Shown here in pieces: positions 7,713-12,328 of a stretch of DNA of 12,328 bases. The notes beneath the pieces are model-generated. The model worked only from the letters and a program-made list of their open reading frames with translations, searched no databases and was not told the DNA's origin. Every line of letters starts with the position of its first letter. Positions within the stretch are counted from its first letter, which is position 1. The DNA comes from Candidatus Thermosaccharophagus tengchongensis (GTDB lineage Bacteria > Armatimonadota > Fervidibacteria > Fervidibacterales > Thermosaccharophagaceae). A program made the translations under genes and the position numbers. The DNA is taken from assembly GCA_032161105.1 (NCBI GenBank), contig JAVHTD010000038.1. One strand, given 5' to 3'.

Positions 7713-8507
7713 TCAAACCTTGCCCTCAATTATGCGCCTTATGTGATGCGCTGTGTCTATGACGAATTGGTCGGCGGCAGTCCGATACGGTGGGAGCTCA
7801 GCCGTCAGGTAGCCATCGTAGCCGATTTCAACGAGCGCCTCATGGACAGCGCGCCAGTTGACATCGCCCTCAAACAGCCAAACGAACTCACGCCTCCTCA
7901 GGTCAAAGTCTTTAATGTGAACCCTCTTTATCCTTTTGCCGAGCATCCGTATCCATTGCTCCGGGTAGCCGATTATGAGTATGTTGCCCACATCAAAGTA
8001 TGCGCCAACATAGCCATTGCCCTCATTCAGCTCATCAACAAACTGGCAAAATTCAATCGGCGACAGAAGGAAGCGATTCCACACATTCTCAATGAGCATG
8101 AGCACACCCTCTCTTCTCGCCACCTCGCGCAAATGCTTGAGCGACTTCATTGATATCTCCCAAGCTGTTTTGTAATCGGTGTGCTCGTTCACGACGCCGG
8201 GAACAACGAGCACGGCTCCTGCGCCAACAATTGAAGCCAAGTGTAGTGCCCTCTCAATGCCCTCAATTCCTTTTCTCCTCGTTTCCTCATTCGGCGATGA
8301 CAGCGGGAACTGCCAATGCACGCCACCCATGATGCTGTGGATTTCAATCCCGCATTCATCCGCCACCTCCTTAATTTGCCTTGCTTCATCCTCGCTGTTC
8401 GGCTGCGGTATTTCAATCCCATCGTAGCCGGCTCTCTTAACAAGTTCCATGCGCTCGTTCAGGCTTGCATCCGGGAGCACAGTGCCAAAGTAAATTCCGG
8501 CTTTCAT
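7713..8507 (-). CDS. Sugar phosphate isomerase/epimerase (xylose isomerase-like TIM barrel)
   Basis: AGYDGIE, ENVWNRFLLSP, YFDVGN, RVHIKDF, GYDGYLTAE carry the metal-binding E/D/H/E set. ATG at 8507 follows a GAGGTGG RBS. Confidence 0.9.
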   Translation of the reverse strand: MKAGIYFGTVLPDASLNERMELVKRAGYDGIEIPQPNSEDEARQIKEVADECGIEIHSIMGGVHWQFPLSSPNEETRRKGIEGIERALHLASIVGAGAVLVVPGVVNEHTDYKTAWEISMKSLKHLREVARREGVLMLIENVWNRFLLSPIEFCQFVDELNEGNGYVGAYFDVGNILIIGYPEQWIRMLGKRIKRVHIKDFDLRRREFVWLFEGDVNWRAVHEALVEIGYDGYLTAELPPYRTAADQFVIDTAHHIRRIIEGKV

Positions 8508-8569
8508 CCACACCACCTCGTCAGTGCGTTTTATTTCCCGTCGGTTTGCATGTCATCAACCTAACGCAT

Positions 8570-8602
8570 ACTGTAGCATTAAGCAGCTCAGAATGCTAAA
8601 CT
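8570..8602. promoter_or_regulatory. Putative back-to-back extended -10 promoters for the epimerase (minus) and hydratase (plus)
   Basis: Plus strand TGc-TAAACT (-10 at 8597-8602); minus strand TGc-TACAGT (-10 at 8575-8570). Each has TAGCAT 17 nt upstream. Confidence 0.45.
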
Positions 8603-8605
8603 GAC

Positions 8606-8622
8606 GGCACTGACTCAGTGCC
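8606..8622. repeat. Perfect 17-bp palindrome GGCACTGA-C-TCAGTGCC, candidate operator
   Basis: The 8-bp arms are exact reverse complements. It lies in the divergent intergenic region immediately after the plus-strand -10. Confidence 0.6.
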
Positions 8623-8671
8623 TTGCCGGAGGCTTAAATTCTCCCGCAGGTGGATTTGTGGGGTGAAGGTG

Positions 8672-10213
8672 ATGCGGTCTTTTGCTGAGACCATCTTGCA
8701 GCTCATTGAGGCATGCACATCAACGCTTCCGCAGGATGTCTTCAAAGCGATTGAGGATGCATACCATTCTGAGTGTTCAAACGCTCTTTCGCAGCTTGCG
8801 TTGAGCATGATGCGTGCCAATGCAATTGCAGCGGCTATTCACCGTGCCCCAATTTGCGAGGACACAGGCATACCGACCTTCTATGTCCGTTGTCCGAATG
8901 GGACGAAGCGCAGTGAACTGATTGCCCGGATAAAATACGCAGTTGAAGAAGCCACATCAATTGGGCTGCTCCGCCAAAACTGCATTGACAGCATAACTGG
9001 TGAAAGCTCACCAAACAACATCGGCTTGGGTGTGCCACTCATTCACTTTGATGATGGTGAAATTGAGGCTGATGAAATTGAGGTGCGCTTGTTGCTCAAG
9101 GGTGCCGGGAGCGAAAACCAAAGCAGGCAATATTCACTCCCGTGCGAACTTGATGGCTTTGGGCTTGCGGAGCGGAATGCCAGTGGCATACTCAAATGCA
9201 TTCTTCATGCGCTTTACATGGCGCAGGGATTTGGGTGTAGCCCTGCCTTCATCGGCGTTTGCGTTGGCGGTGATAGGGCATCCGGGTATGAGTGCGCAAA
9301 GCGCCAGTTATTAAGGTCACTGGACGATGAGAATGAGGATGCGCGGCTTCGCCGGATTGAGCTTGATGTTGTGCGCCTCGGGAACAAGCTTGGCATAGGC
9401 GCGCTTGGCTTTGGTGGCTCGCGCACTTTGCTCTCGTGCAAGGTCGGCAAGTTGCACAGGCACCCGGCATCATTCTTCGTCTCGGTTGCATACATGTGTT
9501 GGGCATACAGGCGGTTGGGAGTGGTCGTGGATGCGAATACGGGGAAGTTGCTCCGCTGGCTTTACGAACCGGCTCGCGTTGGAGAGGGCGTTGGGTTTGC
9601 GCTCCCATGCGATGTAAAGGAGCTTTCAACACCGCTCACCGAGGGCGATGTGAGGGGGTTAAAAGTTGGGGATGTGGTCAAGCTCAACGGGGTCATTTAC
9701 ACGGGCAGGGATATGGTGCACATGCGCCTTCACCAATCTAAAGCCCCGGTTGACTTGCGCGGCTGTGCGATTTACCACTGTGGTCCAATGGCGGTGAGGA
9801 AGGGCGATAAATGGGTTGTGCTTGCAGCCGGTCCTACGACGAGCATTCGTCACGAGCCATATCAGGCGAGCGTGATTGAGAGACACGGTCTAAGGGCTGT
9901 GGTCGGGAAAGGCGGGATGGGGGCGAAGACTAAGGAAGCGTTAAAGCGCTTTGGCGCCGTTTACCTTCACGCCATAGGTGGTGCTGCGAAGCTTTATGCG
10001 GACTGCGTTGAAGATGTTGAAGGTGTTTGGTGGCTTGATGAGTTTGGTCTCGTTGAAGCCATGTGGAAGTTGAGGGTGAAGGACTTCATTGCAGTGGTGA
10101 CAATGGATGCGCATGGAAATAGCCTGCACGATGCCGTTAGGGAGAATTCAGCTCGTGAGCTTGAGCGCATCATGCACTCAATCAATCATCCAGGCGCTTA
10201 CGGCGAGGTATGA
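8672..10213 (+). CDS. fumA: Class I Fe-S fumarate hydratase (fused alpha + beta domains; fumarate/tartrate hydro-lyase family)
   Basis: Three candidate cluster cysteines (PICEDTG, GCSP, MCWAYRR), KGAGSEN, HRHPAS, and beta-domain TGRD, YHCGP, AGPTTSIR, GKGGMG, MDAHGNSLH. ATG at 8672 follows GGGGTGA; the ORF-track start at 8618 is probably too long. Confidence 0.9.
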   Translation: MRSFAETILQLIEACTSTLPQDVFKAIEDAYHSECSNALSQLALSMMRANAIAAAIHRAPICEDTGIPTFYVRCPNGTKRSELIARIKYAVEEATSIGLLRQNCIDSITGESSPNNIGLGVPLIHFDDGEIEADEIEVRLLLKGAGSENQSRQYSLPCELDGFGLAERNASGILKCILHALYMAQGFGCSPAFIGVCVGGDRASGYECAKRQLLRSLDDENEDARLRRIELDVVRLGNKLGIGALGFGGSRTLLSCKVGKLHRHPASFFVSVAYMCWAYRRLGVVVDANTGKLLRWLYEPARVGEGVGFALPCDVKELSTPLTEGDVRGLKVGDVVKLNGVIYTGRDMVHMRLHQSKAPVDLRGCAIYHCGPMAVRKGDKWVVLAAGPTTSIRHEPYQASVIERHGLRAVVGKGGMGAKTKEALKRFGAVYLHAIGGAAKLYADCVEDVEGVWWLDEFGLVEAMWKLRVKDFIAVVTMDAHGNSLHDAVRENSARELERIMHSINHPGAYGEV

Positions 10214-10879
10214 GATAAACCCGAGAGCCATTGCGACCACTCCCGGGATAAGGAGCACGATGACGGCTTTGGCTGAGCTGAGTTTGTATGTCTGGCGAAC
10301 CGAGAGGTAGAGGAGCAAGCATGTGTAGCCAACTGTGAGCAGGACAAACAGAACCCAAAAGTATGCGGCACCCGGCGTCAACTCCGGAGATGTGAAGCGA
10401 AGTATGAGCGCCATCGGCAGGTAAAGTATGAAGGGCGAGAATGCACATGCGGAACTGCACATGAAGCTGAGCCCGCGCGGTGGCGCACCGACAAGCTCAG
10501 CTGCCAAGTTGACGATTGCGGAGCGAACAAACCAATAGGCTGGGTAAAAGACGACGGCATACAGCAGGATGGAGGGCAAGTTAGGCAAACGCCTTATGAT
10601 TGGTGATGGCACCCAACCACCGGCTTCACCTATGATGTGCAGTGCTACACAGAAGCTTATGCCTTGAAGGCAAGTCATCGCTGCTGATGCGAGCAGCGGC
10701 TTCTCATCGGCTGCTTGGAGAAGCGTCTCAGCGCACTGCCATGGGTTAAGTGTGAATGCGGATAACTTGAGTGCGTCCCTGAAGGCGCTAAGTAGCCATC
10801 TCCACGCGAGTTGTGATGCGCTCTTTAATCCGAGAGCGCTCTCAATCGTCTCCACATTATCACGCAATGGCTCACTCAA
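10178..10879 (-). CDS. Integral membrane protein, Yip1-domain-like (about 5 TM helices)
   Basis: 233 aa with several hydrophobic segments, an LNP...ETL N-terminal motif and the LSVRQTYKLSSAKAVIVLLIP ending typical of Yip1-like proteins. TTG start 6 nt after GAGGTGA, directly behind sppA. Confidence 0.7.
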   Translation of the reverse strand: MSEPLRDNVETIESALGLKSASQLAWRWLLSAFRDALKLSAFTLNPWQCAETLLQAADEKPLLASAAMTCLQGISFCVALHIIGEAGGWVPSPIIRRLPNLPSILLYAVVFYPAYWFVRSAIVNLAAELVGAPPRGLSFMCSSACAFSPFILYLPMALILRFTSPELTPGAAYFWVLFVLLTVGYTCLLLYLSVRQTYKLSSAKAVIVLLIPGVVAMALGFISYLAVSAWMID

Positions 10880-10885
10880 GCGAGC

Positions 10886-11887
10886 TCACCTCACTCGCGC
10901 TGGCTCAATTGCTAACTCGCTCACCAACTTGCGCAACAGCCAAGTCGGGCATAAGTGTAAGTCAAGCAAGAGCATACTCCTGAAGTCGGACGGGTATGAT
11001 GTGGTTGTCAAAATGTCCCACAGCCCTTTCCTGTAACGCAGTTCCTTGACCCTCGGCTTGCCCTTTATTCCGGCTCTTTCGGCTGCATAAGAGATGGCGT
11101 CTTGCAATCCGCCGAGCTTATCAACGAACTTGAGCTTACATGCCTGTCTTCCGGTGAGCACGCGTCCATCGGCAAATGGCTTTATTTTGCTCACAGGTAA
11201 GTTGCGCCCAGCAGCTACATCCTCCAAGAATTGGTTATACACATCGTCAATCAGTTGCTTGAGCAGCTGGCGTTCCTCTGGGCGCAGCTCCCGGAAAAGG
11301 GAACCGGTGTCCTTAAACGGACCGCTCACGATTGTCTCGGCATCCACGCCGAGCTTATGCATCAGCTGGCGCAAGTTGACGATGGCAATCAAAGCGCCTA
11401 TGCTTCCGGTTAGAGTTGACGGCGATGCAAATATCGCATCCGCAGCGCTGGCGATGTAGAACCCGCCAGAGGCTGCCACTTCACCCATGGAGACGACAAT
11501 TGGCTTTCCGGAGCGCTTGAACTCCTTGATGGCTTGATAGATTTCTTGTGAAGCTGATGCGCTGCCACCGGGGCTGTTAATGCGGATGACAACGGCTTTT
11601 ATGAATGGGTCTTCGCGCGCCCTCTCAAGCAACTTTACAATTGACTCAGAACCGACAGTGCCGTAACCACTAATTCCGTCAACGATTACACCCTCGGCTT
11701 TGATTAGCCCAACTGTGCCGCCAATGATACCGACGCCACTTACACCTTCAACGCCGGCAGTCACAAGCAGCGCCAGCGCAAGCATTGCCCCGAATAATGC
11801 CACAACAGTTCCGAGACAGCCGAGGCAACCGATGAATATCGGCAAACCATACTTGCTGATGCGGCGCTCGCGCTTTACCTCGCTCAT
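10886..11887 (-). CDS. sppA: Signal peptide peptidase SppA, 36K type (peptidase S49)
   Basis: N-terminal TM, RINSPGGS, VSMGEVAASGGFYIA (catalytic Ser), TLTGSIG, SGPFKD (Lys), ADGRVLTGRQA, VDKLGG. ATG at 11887 is 8 nt after AGGGGGTGA; the ORF-track GTG at 11899 lies inside the RBS. Confidence 0.95.
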   Translation of the reverse strand: MSEVKRERRISKYGLPIFIGCLGCLGTVVALFGAMLALALLVTAGVEGVSGVGIIGGTVGLIKAEGVIVDGISGYGTVGSESIVKLLERAREDPFIKAVVIRINSPGGSASASQEIYQAIKEFKRSGKPIVVSMGEVAASGGFYIASAADAIFASPSTLTGSIGALIAIVNLRQLMHKLGVDAETIVSGPFKDTGSLFRELRPEERQLLKQLIDDVYNQFLEDVAAGRNLPVSKIKPFADGRVLTGRQACKLKFVDKLGGLQDAISYAAERAGIKGKPRVKELRYRKGLWDILTTTSYPSDFRSMLLLDLHLCPTWLLRKLVSELAIEPARVR

Positions 11888-11985
11888 GGTTCGCTTCACC
11901 CCCTGCGAAAGACCTTATCGTAAGACAATTCAATTGCGCTCTCAATCGCCCATGATTCAGTTACTGAGCTCGCCATTAAGTGCCA

Positions 11986-12014
11986 TTGTCATTTGGTTGT
12001 TGCTTCGTTACTAT
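11986..12014 (+). promoter_or_regulatory. Sigma70-type promoter for the right-edge gene
   Basis: TTGTCA (11986-11991), 17 nt, TACTAT (12009-12014). Confidence 0.6.
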
Positions 12015-12041
12015 CATAGCATGAATGCAGTTCACTCGCAA
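12013..12041 (-). promoter_or_regulatory. Sigma70-type promoter for sppA and the Yip1-like gene
   Basis: Minus strand TTGCGA (12041-12036), 17 nt, TATGAT (12018-12013). Confidence 0.55.
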
Positions 12042-12098
12042 TGTGACTTGCGCCGTCTTGAGCCATCAAGACCAAAGCAACTGGTGGTGATATGGAAA

Positions 12099-12328
12099 AT
12101 GCGCCATCTGAGCAAGCCTAAATGGTGCAGTGAAGGTTGGCGTGCGTTGTGGTTGTTGGCTTTCCCACTCGCAGTTGCTTTGCATAATGCCCATGCCCAA
12201 TCGTCACTCCAAAACTACCAAGTCATCATGTGGAGCACTGACCCAGTTGCTGAAAATCTTTCGCTTTGGTTTCAGCGGCTCCGTGAGTTGGAGTTCACGG
12301 CGGAGCAATGTTATCGCGGGCGAGACCC
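12099..12328 (+). CDS. Secreted protein, N-terminal part only (possibly a glycoside hydrolase-like TIM barrel)
   Basis: GGTGGTGA RBS 8 nt before ATG. The frame stays open to the edge: MRHLSKPKWCSEGWRALWLLAFPLAVALHNAHA|QSSLQNYQVIMWSTDPVAENLSLWFQRLRELEFTAEQCYRGRD, with an AxA signal peptidase I site. The function guess is weak. Not in the ORF track. Confidence 0.75.
   Translation, partial: MRHLSKPKWCSEGWRALWLLAFPLAVALHNAHAQSSLQNYQVIMWSTDPVAENLSLWFQRLRELEFTAEQCYRGRD

Noticed and set aside
802..11945. Numerous antisense and alternate-frame ORFs in the track (e.g. 7578-8153, 4185-4706, 3691-4137, 2123-2551, 11094-11459)
   Set aside because: They are shadows of well-supported genes, with no recognisable domains and mostly Ser/Pro/Arg-rich composition.
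12092..12121. 9-codon upstream ORF (MENAPSEQA) overlapping the start of the right-edge gene
   Set aside because: Its ATG is only 1 nt from the GGTGA RBS, whereas ATG 12099 has normal spacing and a signal peptide.

Overview
Gene-dense bacterial window (roughly 50-55% GC by eye) with 11 complete genes and two partial genes cut by the window edges. The minus-strand run, in transcription order, is: sugar-phosphate isomerase/epimerase, HIT protein, a 582-aa exported Ig-like + beta-rich protein with three Gly/Met-rich inserts, UPF0173 metallo-beta-lactamase-fold hydrolase, membrane-anchored alpha/beta hydrolase, a ~287-aa exported beta-rich protein, MocA-like nucleotidyltransferase, GlmM/PMM-family phosphohexomutase, and a DUF1559-type prepilin-like gene missed by the ORF track. 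On the plus strand, a fused class I Fe-S fumarate hydratase converges on a minus-strand sppA-Yip1-like pair, and a secreted protein starts at the right edge. The DUF1559 pilin suggests Armatimonadota or Planctomycetota (inference). I see no mobile element, CRISPR array, tRNA or rRNA. Most content is housekeeping, and I cannot demonstrate a new multi-gene system. The best leads are the pair of apparently paralogous exported proteins (one with Gly/Met-rich loops) flanking two hydrolases, two symmetric divergent promoters, a 14/15-nt motif shared by the pilin and sppA leaders, and a CQDTG-to-CEDTG change in the hydratase.
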